A DNA stretch of 58,700 nucleotides from positions 15,611 through 74,310 of the forward strand of contig MQRK01242274.1 in the NCBI GenBank assembly GCA_001938485.1. Reading direction: 5' to 3'. The stretch comes from Girardia tigrina (Eukaryota). A program made the position numbers and the translations under genes. Below, in pieces: positions 24,583 through 38,478 of this stretch (position 1 is the first letter of the stretch; every line of letters begins with the position of its first letter). Under the pieces are notes generated by a model. That model did not search any database, was not told the DNA's origin, and worked only from the letters and a program-made list of their open reading frames with translations.

Positions 24583-27500
24583 TTATTTTTTTATGAAGAC
24601 ATTTATGAAGACTAAAGCTTTGTGGTCTGTGCAGGCAATGAACCGTTTCCTGTATAAATATTGCTTAATATGTAAGACGTATTCATGAAGAGCCAGAAGT
24701 TCCTTTCCCGTGACACAATACCCCTTCTCATGCAAGGTCAGGTGTCTGGACCCGTATGCAATGACTGTTTCTTCTCCAGTTTCCGTCAATTGGCTTATCA
24801 CCGCACCGATTGCACTAAAACTAGCATCAGTGTCCAAGACAAAAGTACGATTTAATCGAGGATAACTCAAGATCAGAGCGTTGCACATAGCTTCTTTTAA
24901 TTTCTGGAAACTCTCTCGACATTCTGTTGTCTAATGCAATTTGTTACCGCATTTGATATTGCCACATGAAGTGGAATAGTAATCTTGGCGTGATCTCGAA
25001 TAAATCGGCGGTAATAGTTTGTTAGACCTAAAAATGACCGAAGTTGAGAAGAACAATGTGGTTCCTCCGCGTTTTCAATCTCTTTGATTTTCATATTATT
25101 CGTCCGAATACCTTCTGTATTTATGGTGTTACCCAAAAAAACTAACTCATCTTGATGAAACTGACATTTTTCCGGATTCATTTTTAACCCCCATTGACTT
25201 AACCGCCGAAATTCTTCTTTTAGAATATTGTCATGGTCTTCTAGTGTTTTACCATACACCATAATGTCATCTAAATAAACAAGTAATCCTCTGAAAATCA
25301 TACCTTCAAGCATATCATACATTAACCGCTGAAATGTCGCTGGTGCCGTTGACATACCGAATGACATCCGATTGAAGCAAAATTGTCCTTGTTTAAAACA
25401 GAACGCTGTACAAAGTTTAAATTCCTCCGACAAATCAACGTGGTAATATGCTTAACCTAAGTCTATTGATGAAAACCACGCAACTCTGACAAACAATCCA
25501 ACAGTAAATGAGTATTGGGCATCGGAAACGAAACTTTGTCCGTCACAGCATTTAACAAACGATATGCGACGCACATTCTTATGGAGCCATCTTTCTTAAA
25601 CACGATTACCAGCGGTGAGTTCCATGGACTTTTGCATGGCCGAATAAGGTTCGACTGCAATAAATTATTTATCATTTCATCAATCTTACTCTCCAAATGC
25701 ATCGGTTGTCGGCAGGGATGTTGCTTATAGGTGTATTTCTTGTCACAATGTGATGTTAGATCTTCAGAGTATGTCCCAAATCAAACTTTGAAGTCATGAA
25801 TATATTTCCAAATTTACAGATAAGATGTTGAAGAGCTTTCTGTTTGTGATTTTTGTACCGTTCCAGGGCTAAACTCGTCCGCTTCTCATCAGTATGAGTA
25901 TTCTTCAATAAATCTGCGTCAATATTATTAACTTCTAATAGTTGTACTCCAAACATCTGCATAGTGTCAATACCGCCAATGAACGGTGGATGTATCTTTT
26001 TTACAACGACCACCTTGATTTTCCTCAACTTTTTGTTCCAGCGAATATCTAATAAAACAACACCCATGGGCATTTCCGTTCCGGTCGAAAACACACCGTT
26101 TTTTTCGGGTTCAATATCATGTAAAATTAATTGATCCCGGATTGGGCCGTGTTGTGAATTTCATCTTAAACACATAAAATTGCCGAGGCCTCTGATAACT
26201 GCTGTTCTGCAAAAGACTACATTCCTTAAAACAATGACCAGATTTACCGCATATTAGACATTTATCCTTCAATGGGTATTAATGGAAAATTAATTATTAG
26301 AATTATTAGTAACCTTTGCAGCGGGTTTTTCCGCCCTAGCAGGGGCCCGTTCATTAAGGAGGCACGCCTGTTTTGGTAAGAAAAAGCCGTTGAGGATTTT
26401 TTTTAAANNNNNNNNNNNNNNNNNNNNNNNNNNNNNNNNNNNNNNNNNNNNNNNNNNNNNNNNNNNNNNNNNNNNNNNNNNNNNNNNNNNNNNNNNNNNN
26501 NNNNNNNNNNNNNNNNNNNNNNNNNNNNNNNNNNNNNNNNNNNNNNNNNNNNNNNNNNNNNNNNNNNNNNNNNNNNNNNNNNNNNNNNNNNTTATTATAT
26601 GAGTATTATATAAATATTATAATCATTTCTATTATTATATTCTATTATTATTATTTTATTATTATTTAAATAAAAGTTATTATCAAAATTATTATATATA
26701 AAAAAAATAAAAATTTAAAAAACTCACCGTTATAATAAAAAATTTTTCAAAAAATGAAAAGAGTCGACTTAGTCGACTTTCATTTTCATTGAAAAAAAAT
26801 GGGCAATTATGCCCTAATTCCAGCAATTACGCTGGGTCATAAATTTATAATTAATAATTCATGGGCATGAAGCCCGATCTAAAGTAATTTAAATAATGGG
26901 CAATTAAGCCCAGCTGTTAAATTATTTAAAAAATAATTAAAAAAAATAAAGTAAAAGTTTCTTTTAAATGTTAAATTAGGGAGAATTCTAAATTTAGCTG
27001 TTTTTTTATATAATAATAAAACGGGTATAAATACCCTAAAATTTAAATTAAAAAATAAAAGTTTGGTAAAAACGAAATTTTTATTGAAAAGTTAAATTCT
27101 TTTAAAAAGATTTTTCAAATATTTTGGAATCCTCCATTGTTAATAATACGTTGTATTTTTGGATTGGAAGAATTTTCTAATTCAATTGAATAAAGTTTTT
27201 AAAACAGAATTCATTTGATTTATTACTATTGTTACTATTTGAGAAATAATCTCTGACGAGATTCATTCAAAGAAAATAAAAACCTCAAGAGAGGATTGAC
27301 CAAATTAATATTTTCATTCAAAGTTGGAAGAACCATTTGAAAGGAGTCAGATGATTATATATTAAAAAACTTCTTTAAAGTGGTTAATAAAAGAATAATT
27401 TTGAATACCCAACACTTCCATTTTCTCATCTTCCGAGATCTCTTGGTTCTCGTAGACTTTCGCCAGTGTCTTCATAACTTCTCTCTTCATTTCCGGTTTC

Positions 27501-28200
27501 AGAGCCAGTGAGTTCCTCCGACAGGTATTACGAACCCGTTTCGTTAAAAACTCATTTAAAATTTGTTCCCGACTCAACTCTGAGTCTAAAACACTGTGAA
27601 TTAGTTTCTTTTCTCGAATTTCAAACGTGGCAAATCTCTCTTTTGGCTCTTGCTTGACATTCGTCAGTTTCATAAAATTATCTAAGGTTGACTTCTTCGT
27701 CATAAATGTGTCACGAAACTATTCTCGGGCTTCCACCTGAGTCATTTCATCCGTTTTTGAATTCTTCCATAATTCCCCAGCTTCTTCTGACAATAATAAA
27801 TCAAATGCACTCACCAAAGGCAAGTCATTTAATAACAGCCATTCTTCGATATTTTTTAACCATTTTCCTGCTTCTTGCGAATCTCTACCGTCAAACTTAC
27901 AGACATTGAAATTGAGAGTTTATTGAGTCTCCTTCGGCAGCAAGGCAAGTAAAACATTTCTTTGTTGGCTTCTCGTAATTGCGTTGATATTTTCGGGGTG
28001 ATCACCAGTTACGTTTTTGGTTTCTATAAAATCCATTTTCAAAGTCAAATCAAAACTATATTTTAAACCGCGTACAAAAGCTATATATTATTTAAACAAA
28101 CAATATTTAATAATTAATCAATCACACATAACTCTAGCATTCCAAGATCTCGCTGTTTTCATAGACCTTCACCAGTTTACTTATATCTAGTCTCATCATT
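24583..28200 (-). mobile_element. Decayed Ty3/gypsy LTR retrotransposon (gag-PR-RT-RNase H; integrase absent)
   Basis: SPWNSPLVIVFKKDGSIRMCV, RMSFGMSTAPATFQR, VYLDDI, RSFLGLTNYYRRFI, LDTDAS, KELLAL, TDHKAL; gag-like 27362-27970; PBS-like TGGTGATCACCCCG near 28007. Confidence 0.9.
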
Positions 28201-29082
28201 TCCTGTTTCGAAGCAAGGGAATCCCTCAGACCAGTGCTACGCATCTGTTTAGTTAGAAATTCATTCATGGTTTGATCCCGACTAAAATCTTTATCCATAT
28301 TTCAAATGTGTCAAATTTCTCCTTGGGATCTTGTTAAACGTTCATTAGTTCCATAAAATTATCCATGATTGACTTCTTCATGATAAATGTGTTATAATAG
28401 CCAAAGCCGCTTAAATCGAGGTGGATTTGATAAGTATTTTAATTTGTGCATGAATGTGCTATATTTATTTGAGTTAGCTGAAACTGGAATTGTGATTCTA
28501 AAACCTAAATTGAAAATTGGTGAATAATTGTATTTGAAATAACTGTTCGTTTGAATAAAATTTACATGGTACAAATTAATGAAGTTTTAATATTCTAATA
28601 AAATATAAATGTTAAAAGTAATAACATATGATGTGAAGAATATTTGGAATGTTGATGTTTTGAATTTGAATGTTGTTTGTGATTTATGATTATATCTCCT
28701 CTACTCAGACGACTGATTAATATTTTAATTTGTAAAATTGAAAAGATTGTCTTATTTTTATTAAATTATGAAATAAAATTAATTTTGTTCATTATTAATA
28801 ATAAATTTAATTTAGTAAATATTTTTAAAAAGAATATGTAGGTTCAAGTTAAATAATTTTTTTTGAATAAAATTGATTAAACTTTGATAGATGAATATGA
28901 GTTAAAACCCTTTTATAAATTTTAATAAAGATGATCCTAATAAATGTCCTAATTAATCTGTGATATCTCTTAATAGCCTCGTTGGAAAAAAGAATTAATG
29001 ATAAATTATTATTTCAGGAAATTTTTATTTAATTATTCCTTTTTTTTGGAAAATTCGATCATACAAATTTTAGTTTCAAATA

Positions 29083-29206
29083 CAGTCGAACCTCTATATA
29101 ACGAAATGGAAGGGACCAAACAATACTTCGTTATAAAGAGATAAAATTAAAGCTAAAATTCTTCATTAGTACAGGAAAAATCTTTTGTTGAATAGAGGTT
29201 CAAGTG
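29083..29206. mobile_element. pogo/Tigger-like MITE about 250 bp upstream of VMP1
   Basis: TA|CAGTCGAACCTCTATATAACGAA ... TAGAGGTTCAAGTG|TA. Confidence 0.75.
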
Positions 29207-29462
29207 TACTCTAATTTAATAAATTATCGTTTTAGAAAATTAAATTTTTTGAATACAAAAAATTGTTTACGAAAATTATTCGGTCAGGAAAAAAAACAAA
29301 TTATAGAAAAAGTAGTCGGAAAAATTTGTCATTGTTTTAATACGTCATTATTACACTGAGAATCGCGTCATTTTCAATTGTGTGTCTTAAACATCAGGTA
29401 ACGTATGGAGATTTGTTGGAGGCCCGATTGACGGTGAATAAACGATACTATTCAGACGAGAA

Positions 29463-29756
29463 ATGTCCTCCGGAGACTCGATTAAGCATACTCTGCCGAA
29501 TGGCAAGAAGAAGGGCAATTCCAAGAAGATTATCGATCCAGAAAATGGAATTAGGAAGAAATCGGTCGTTAAAGAACCGATTTTGAGACTGCACAAGCAC
29601 CCGATTCTGACAGCGTACTATTGCTTGATGGAGTCGATGTGTTTGCTCGCTCAGTTCCTCGGATATGTTTTCAGTCACAAAAAGATCATCAGCATTTTAT
29701 TTATTTGCGGAGTTTCTTTGTTTTCGATCAATTTGATCGAAGGAGCTCATCAGAAA
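29463..29756 (+). CDS. VMP1: VMP1 exon 1 (MSSGDSIK...EGAHQK)
   Basis: ATG at 29463; [13 protein letters not shown] and IEGAHQK align with the VMP1 N-terminus; donor GTCGGG at 29757. Confidence 0.9.
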
Positions 29757-32700
29757 GTCGGGTTTTCTTTTGCCTTTATTTTTATAATTTTATTTTAATT
29801 ATTTATAATTTTATTTTAATCATTTTAAATATTTTTTATCATTTTAATATAATTAATTTTATTTAAAATATTTTTATAATTTTTTGTAATATTTTATTTT
29901 ATAATTTGTATTAATTTTATTTTTATGATTTTTAATAATTTTTGAAATATTTTAATCAATTTTTATAATTTATTTATTTTTTGAATATTTTCAAATAATA
30001 TTTGTAATTTTATTTTCTAATTAATTTGTTTTATTTTTTTACAATTTTTTGTAATTATAATTTCTAAATAATTTTAATTTATTCTGTTAACACTGTTTTA
30101 ATAATTTTGTTTTTTTTATTATTTTTATTTAATTTTGTTAATTTAATTTTATTTATTTTATTTATTTAATTTTGTTTTATAATATTATTTTTAATCATTT
30201 ATTATATTTTTTTTATTTTTTAAAATGTTCTAAAACTTTTTTAAAATTTTTTTTCTTATTTTAAAATAATTTTAATTAATTTTTTTAATAATTTGTTTTC
30301 TTTTTTTTAATATTTTAAAATAAATATTTATAATTAAAACGTATTATTTACTATAAATTTTTATAATAATAATAATTTTGTTTTACTTTTAATATTTTAT
30401 GTAAATTTATTTTATTAATTTTAAATCAAAAATATTTTTAATTTAATATTTTTTAAAGTAATTATTTATAGCAATATTTTATTTTTCTAATTTTATTTTA
30501 TTTTTTACTATTTACGATATTTTATAATGATTTTTTTATTTTTAAAATAAATAAAATTTTATTTTTTATTCTTAATATTATTTTTGATTGTTTTAATATT
30601 TTGTGAAAAATTGCTAAAAATTAATGTAATACATTTATTTTTATTTAATTTTTCTTTTGGTTAAAATTGTTATTTTATTCTATAAATAATATTGGATAAA
30701 TATTTTCATATTTTATATGCAATAAAAAATAATATATAGAGATATGTTGTGCCGAATTTGCGCAATTGCCAAAGTCTCGAACTCCCCAATTTTTTAAAAA
30801 ATTTGTAATTCAATTTTGAAATTGATATTAATATTTAATATGCAAATATATCGATTTAATATGAAAAAATTTTAAAATACAAATTTTTGCAATTCAGCTT
30901 GCAATAAGGAAGAACTTTTATTAGCTGTGAATCAAATTTTACATTTGGAATCTTTGTGTAATAAAAACTTTTTTCATATTTAATTTATTTTTTTCATATT
31001 AAATTGATATTTTTTCATATTAAATCGATATTTTTTTATATTAAATCAATATTTTTCATATTAATTCGATATTTTTCATATTAAATCGATATTTTTCATG
31101 TTAAATCGATATTTTTCATATTGAATCGATATTTTTCATATTAAATCGATATTTTTTATATTAAATCGATATTTTTATATTAAATCAATATTTTTCATAT
31201 TAATTCGATATTTTTCATATTAAATCGATATTTTTTATATTAAATCGATATTTTTCATATTAAATAGATATTTTTTCATATTAAATCGATATTTTTTCAT
31301 ATTAAATCGATATTTTTTCCTTATTAAATCGATATTTTTTCATATTAAATCGATATTTTTCCATATTACATCGTTATTTTTTCATATTAAATCGATATTT
31401 TTTTATATTAAATCAATATTTTTCATATTAATTCGATATTTTTCATATTAAATCGATATTTTTCATGTTAAATCGATATTTTTCATATTGAATCGATATT
31501 TTTCATATTAAATCGATATTTATATTAAATCGATATTTTTCATATTAAATAGATATTTTTTCATATTAAATCGATATTTTTTCATATTAAATTGATATTT
31601 TTTCATATTAAATCGATATTTTTTTATATTAAATCAATATTTTTCATATTAATTCGATATTTTTCATATTAAATCGATATTTTTCATGTTAAATCGATAT
31701 TTTTCATATTGAATCGATATTTTTCATATTAAATCGATATTTATATTAAATCGATATTTTTCATATTAAATAGATATTTTTTCATATTAAATTGATATTT
31801 TTTTCATAATAAATTGATATTTTTTCATATTAAATGATATTTTTTCATATTAAATTGATATTTTTTTTAATAATAAATTGATATTTTTTCATATTAAATG
31901 ATATTTTTTCATATTAAATTGATATTTTTTTCATAATAAATTGATATTTTTTTCATATTAAATTGATATTTTTTTCATAATAAATTGATATTTTTTTCAT
32001 ATTAAATTGATATTTTTCAAAATAAATTGATAATTTTTCATACTTAATTGAGGTATTTTTTAAATTAAATCGATATTTTTCATATTTACTTTATATTTTT
32101 CATATTAATACACAAAGTTTTCTTTTTAAATTGAGATATATTCATTTTAAAATGAAAAATTTTCATGTAGTTAGTGAATTCGGATAAAATTCACTAGTTC
32201 ACAAATAATACTAATTCACTATTTCAGCAAACTGTTGCGAAATTCGCGAATTCGGTAATTACACAAATACGGCATAACACACATTAAAAATCATTTTTAT
32301 GATTTCAAAAGTTTTTTAATAAAATAAAATTTAAAATATTTTTAAATAAATTTTAAATTTTTTATTGTTTCTTTTATTGTTTTTGGTTAATTTATTATTA
32401 AAATAATTTGAAGTTTATGCAAAACGATTGCAATAAATATTCTTAAAATTAATTGATCGAAAAATTGTACACTCAAATTACATAACGTATAATAAAAGCA
32501 AAAATAAATAACGATAAAATTCGAGATAATTAGGTAAAATAAAACAATTAAAATATTTTTAGAATAATAATTGAACATTTCGGAAAATTATTCTTTTTCA
32601 GATAACATAGATAATATGAAAAACAATTATTACACTTTTACTATAAAATGTATATATATATACATTTCCCTTGGAAAACAAAGGCGGTGGCAACAAAATT

Positions 32701-35700
32701 GTCTATTAGAAAATGAAATTCGAAATCGGTCGTTAAAGAACCCATTTTGAGACTGCACAATCACCCGATTCTGACAGCGTACTATTGCTTGATGCAGTCG
32801 ATGTGTTTGAAAGGATCTTCAGCATTTTATTTTAGACGTTCCTTTGTTTTCCATCAATTTGATTGAAGCAGCTTGTCAGAAAATTAGTTTTCTTTGTAAC
32901 CTTTATTCTGCCTTATTTGAATCATTCTAAAACGTATTTATAACTTTATTTGGTTTATTGTAGTACATAAATTTTACAATGTTTCGATTTAATTTAAATA
33001 AAATATGACAAAGTAATAAACAATTATTATCAATTTGCAATGACAAATAATTAAAAAGAAAAATTTTCTAATAATTTAGTTAAAATAAAATGAATTAAAT
33101 ATAAATGCATTAAATGAATTTTAAATAATTAATTTAATTTTTTTTAAATTATGTGTTTTAAATATTTTTAAAACTCAAAAAACGTTCGTTAAAATTTATT
33201 GTGATCAATTTCGACGGATCAACCGTCATCATCAGACTAAAATTAACAATGATACACTCGTATTTATATATCAAAGCCATGTTTATGTAATTTATAAATC
33301 ATGAAAAGGCTTTCAATAAATTTGAAGTGGATGGTGTTTGCACATTGATTTTAGGATCAAAGGATTTGATCAACAATATGCCTCCCCCGACTGAACGGAA
33401 AAATGAGTATAGTAGAGACTACAGTGCCAGCATTAGTGTACATGTCAGTGATTCATAGACTCTGTATCGGGTAGAAACCATAAATAGACAATACAGAGCC
33501 TACATACTTTCTCGCACAGCTTTAGATGCAAGAATGCGAGCTTTCAGTGCACCGACACACTTCGGTTCGTATCTTGATTCTGTAGAACTTTGGCTGTGTA
33601 AACACATTTCGTACAATGAGTAAAGGGACACCGAAATATCCCCACATCATTTGTATTACTTAATCAAAAGTCGAGAACCACCCTTAAAATCAATCCTGAG
33701 TTCATCTATGCGGTACCGTCGAGGGGGACTGACACATCATTGGGTTCGAAGATTTTGAACATCCTTCATCTGCGTTATTTTGTGAAGCACTAGTACCACT
33801 GGTACTACCTATGGTTCGGTGATCGATCAATAAAAGTCGCTTTAACTATGCATCCGTTTTTATAGGTCTAGTGACAATTTTCCATGGGACATTGAAAAGA
33901 TTTATCACCATTCTGACACTGTGGCGTTGTGATCATATGCACGTTTTTCATGTATCTTTTTAGATCCTTTTGTTCAACAAAAGCTTTGAAACAAGAGGGA
34001 TACATGCATTGCACTCTTAATTTTCTTCGTAAAGTATTTCTTTTCGATGACGGATCGTTGGAGAAAAGAAAATTTACCGTATCATTTTTACAGTTGAAAT
34101 GCGATACTTTAATTTGAAATGTGAAATAAACAAAAATTATAAAATATACTATTTGTTTTAAAATTTGACTTTAAATAACACTACCTATCAACCGATAAAA
34201 ATTTGGCACTGATATTTCTTTTTATACTACTCAATGGTATTGAGCGATCTTCTTCAATCAATCTTTGGACAAGTTCACTTACATCAGTTGTTAAGCGCTT
34301 GAAATTATTGTCACCTTAACTTTAGCACAGACCTGTCCAGTATCATTATATTTTTTTAGGATACGGCACAGTTGTTTTGTGGACGTTAAATGTGGTGGCA
34401 ATTGCAGCTGTCTGCATACCACATTTAAATTATGAGATAATTCGTTCACGAATGTTATTTGATAGGTTTCTTTTTCCAGTCATGGGCAAATCTAAAATAT
34501 TAAAAACGAGTTTGAAATTTAAAATAAATTATGAACACACCAATTTTATGTAAATCTATTGAAAATGGCATATTTTAATTAAAGGAAAAGTTTTATAATT
34601 TTTATAATGTCGCATTTCAACTCGAAAACCCTGTATACCTCTAGACTTATTGTTCCGAATTCACCATTATAAAATTATAGAAATCTAACTCCATAAATTC
34701 TTATAAATCATCTTTTGTAACTTTTTTTCAGAAATTTTTAATAAACATTTAGAAATCAAAAAATAAGTTAATCATGCTTGATAATTGAGAAAATTTTATA
34801 GATTATTTGAAAAAAGTAATAAAATGTTAAATCCCACGTTTGTATTAAAATCTCGGTCAATAATTTCAATTTAAAATAAAAAATATAACAAAAATCGTTC
34901 GAAATGTTCGATCGTCTAAAATGATTGGATAAAAATTCTCTGTTGATAAATTTGCGACATGAGAAAAAATGAATTTGTTGTGGATATGTGAATTAATGGG
35001 GATAAATTTCCTTCAAGATAATACTGGAAATGTTGAAGAAAATCCAGTGGTGGGCCTGGTGGATATTCCTGGGGTTCTTGTCCTCATGTGGTTTCGGAAG
35101 CGGACTCCATACGTTTGTTTTATATTTGGTGAGTACAAATTACATTTCAATTGTTAAAATTTTAATCAATAAATTTTAAAAAATATTTAAATAAATTAAA
35201 AACCGAAAATATTTTTTGAATAAATATTAATTTTTGTTTTTTATTTAAAGAATTCGTAAATTTATTTATTGAATGAGTCTTATTTATATTGATTTACCTT
35301 AATCATCCAAGTATAATGCTCCCAATTTCATCCCGAATTTCAACATCAAACATTGGAAGGGCATTATACTTGAGTATGTGAGAAATCCCTGTTTGCCAAA
35401 TCAAATTCTTTGTAAGAGGAGATCGAATTACGTAATAAAATTTTATTGGTACGTTGGTGGTATTTTATCGATCAGTATAATACAGCGCGTCATAATCAAA
35501 TGAATACCTTCCTCTCTCTTTCCTCCTCCCAATGAAGGCGTTCTTTAGCTCCTTCAACTGAATGTAAAGTGCACCGAAATGCCTTTCACCACCAAAGTCA
35601 CGAATTTGCAAATCTAACCTGCATTCCTCATTCCAAAGACAGTATTTATGTTCGCGTCGCACGGCACTCCCTCTCAACTCAATTGACTTGGCACAGCCGT

Positions 35701-38429
35701 AGGCGTCACTCATTTCATTCAAGGCTTCGGGTCATTATCACGAATGCGTCGGTCAGAAGTTACAGTGAGAATGAAAGCATAAACTTCTGTAATAATTCTG
35801 TATCCCCCCAAACAAGTTCGAAAGGAAAGAGATCTTATTAACTTTTATTTATTTGTGCTCTTTAATGTTTTCTTCCTTTTCCTGAGAGATAAAATGTAAA
35901 AAATTTCATACAGTTAAGGGTACATTGAACAATTTATGTACACGAATACGGATTAAAAAAGAAGCAAAGGAAGAAAACAAAAAAAGTTCCGAGACATGTA
36001 CAATAATCGATTTCTTAAAAAAATAACCAAAATTATTTTTCCAAAATATATATATTAGGTTGGCAAAAGTAATCCATTATTTTAATTAATTATTTATCGA
36101 TCAAACAATTTTTTTTCTTTTTTTTATTCAGTTCTGAGTTACAGGGTGTTAAAAATGGAAGTCAACAAAGAAAAATTCGGTACATTTTACAGTTTTTATT
36201 CGATAGAGGCGAAAATGCAAGCCAGGCGACTGTTATTGTGAATGGTGTTTATGGTGCCAATATTGTAACAGCCAATATTACACGCAATTTGGGTTTCGAC
36301 GATTCCGTGGAAGCATTTTTGGTGCTAAAGATGCACCTCGCACAGGCAGGCCTATCATTGAAAATGACGATAAAATCTCGGCAATGATCATTGGCGATGC
36401 GAGAGCGAGCGCAGCATTGTGGCCGCGGCGGGTTGGCGATGGTGGGTGGGTCGCGGGACGCGGGGGGCTCAAAACAATAACCTCACTGGTCTGTGATTGT
36501 ACGGTTTGTGAATAGCAAATGTCAGATTCGGTTGGTCTTCGGTTTTTGACGTAAATATACAATCTATGCATATATTCCAGGCCTTTGTATATAATTTCCC
36601 ATCTCTTCACATATGCCGGTAGAAAATCATTAATATCGACCATAATCAATTGCTTTTGAATTTCATCGATAAATTTTTCGATTAAAGTAAATGAGTCCAA
36701 ATATAAAGATTCGGCATAAACTTCAGTTCCATCTTTCTTTGCGAAACACACTTCATACACATCACTAAAACTGGAATTCCATTGCGATTTCGATACATCT
36801 TCACATCACAAAACATTCAAAGCCACATCGTTTAACCGACTCCAAATATTCATCATAATTAATTGTTTTAGGTCGTTTGCGGCAAAATCTTCCATATTCA
36901 TTTTTACATTAAGCAAAAATCAAAATTCGCGCAGAAAAACAATATTTTATTTAATTCGAATAAACAAACTAATTGCGGCAAATTCACTCTCAAACAATTT
37001 CAAAATGTAAAAAAACTCGAATCTTTACAAACATAAATAAACAGATGAAATATAATCGATAAAAATTGTTTTTAATTTATCATTTCACATTAATCGATCT
37101 CAGAGAAAATTATTTCATCGGTTTATTATTTAATATACACAATTAAATTAGAACGGTTTCTTGTTTGAGGTTTTTAAATGTTATCTCTTACGTCAAATCA
37201 TGCACGAATTACTCGAATCNNNNNNNNNNNNNNNNNNNNNNNNNNNNNNNNNNNNNNNNNNNNNNNNNNNNNNNNNNNNNNNNNNNNNNNNNNNNNNNNN
37301 NNNNNNNNNCAAAATTTTGAGTTTTTGACGAATATTTTCGTTCCATTTTTCAATTGATCAGAAATTTTGATTATCGAAAGGTTTGTTATTGGTGGAAATT
37401 CGATTTGTTTTCGTATATCGTTGGATTGGCTTTGTTTGTTTTTTTTAAATAGTTCACGTTCGATATTAGATATTTTGTTTTTCAATTTCTCATTTTTCAG
37501 GAATTTTTTTGAAATATAATTTTTGGGGTTAACTTCGATATTGGCCCCCCGAATGTGAATCGAACAATCATAGTTGACCGGCATGTTAGTAGTCGTAGCA
37601 TGGATCAGGAGCTGAAGATCGACCACAAAACGGTTTTAAACCATTTGGACAAAGCAGGCTTCAAAAAGAAACTTGATGTTTGTGTTCCACACCAATTAAC
37701 ACCAAAGAATATGATGGATCGAATTTCCATCTGCAAAGCCTTGGCCAAACAAAATGAAATCGATCAATTTCTTAACCGGATGGTTACTGGGGATAATAAA
37801 TGGGTCACATACGACAATATTGTACGAAAACAATCGTGGTCAAAGCACGATGAAGCACCTCAAACGGTCGCCAAACCAGGACTAACGGCCAGGAAGGTTG
37901 TACTGTGTATTTGGTGGGACTGGAAAGGAATCATAGTAAATGTACTATGAGTTGCTTCCTTAAGGCCAAACACTAAATTCAGATCTGTACTGTCAACAAC
38001 TGGACCGTTTGAAGAAAGCAATTGATGAGAAACGACCAGAATTAGCCAACAGAAGAGGTGTTGTGTTCCATCACGACAACGCCAGACCACATACGTCTGT
38101 AGTGACTCGCCAGAAACTCAGGGAGCTTGGTTGGGTAGTTTTAATGCATCCACCATATAGTCCGGACCTCGCACCAAGCGATTAACACCTTTTTCTCGTA
38201 TTGCAAAATTTCCTGAGTGATAAGAAATTTGGATCAATAGAAGATTGTGAAAATCGATTTCTACAGTTTTTCGTCAATAAGGACCAAAATTTCTACTGAG
38301 GCATTACCTTCAAAATGCCAACTAATTATACAACAAAGTGGTACATATTTGACTCCAAGAGGAGAATCCGAAACATGTTAAATAAAGTTTTGAATTTCAC
38401 GCCAAAATAATGGATTTCTTTTCCCCAAC

Positions 38430-38478
<49 letters not shown>

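Larger units (their letters stand above)
36055..38433 (+). mobile_element. Defective mariner (DD34D) split by an insert at 36392-37566
   Basis: TIRs TTAGGTTGGCAAAAGTAATCCATTATTT and its reverse-complement counterpart, with TA flanks; ATG at 36155; frame ...DKISAMI|IVDRHVSS... rejoins seamlessly; [24 protein letters not shown]. Confidence 0.93.

Noticed and set aside
30970-32110. CRISPR-like regular array
   Set aside because: No unique spacers, no cas genes and a eukaryotic context; it is a minisatellite.
34969-35157. 62-aa ORF in the track
   Set aside because: Wrong frame over VMP1 exon 2.
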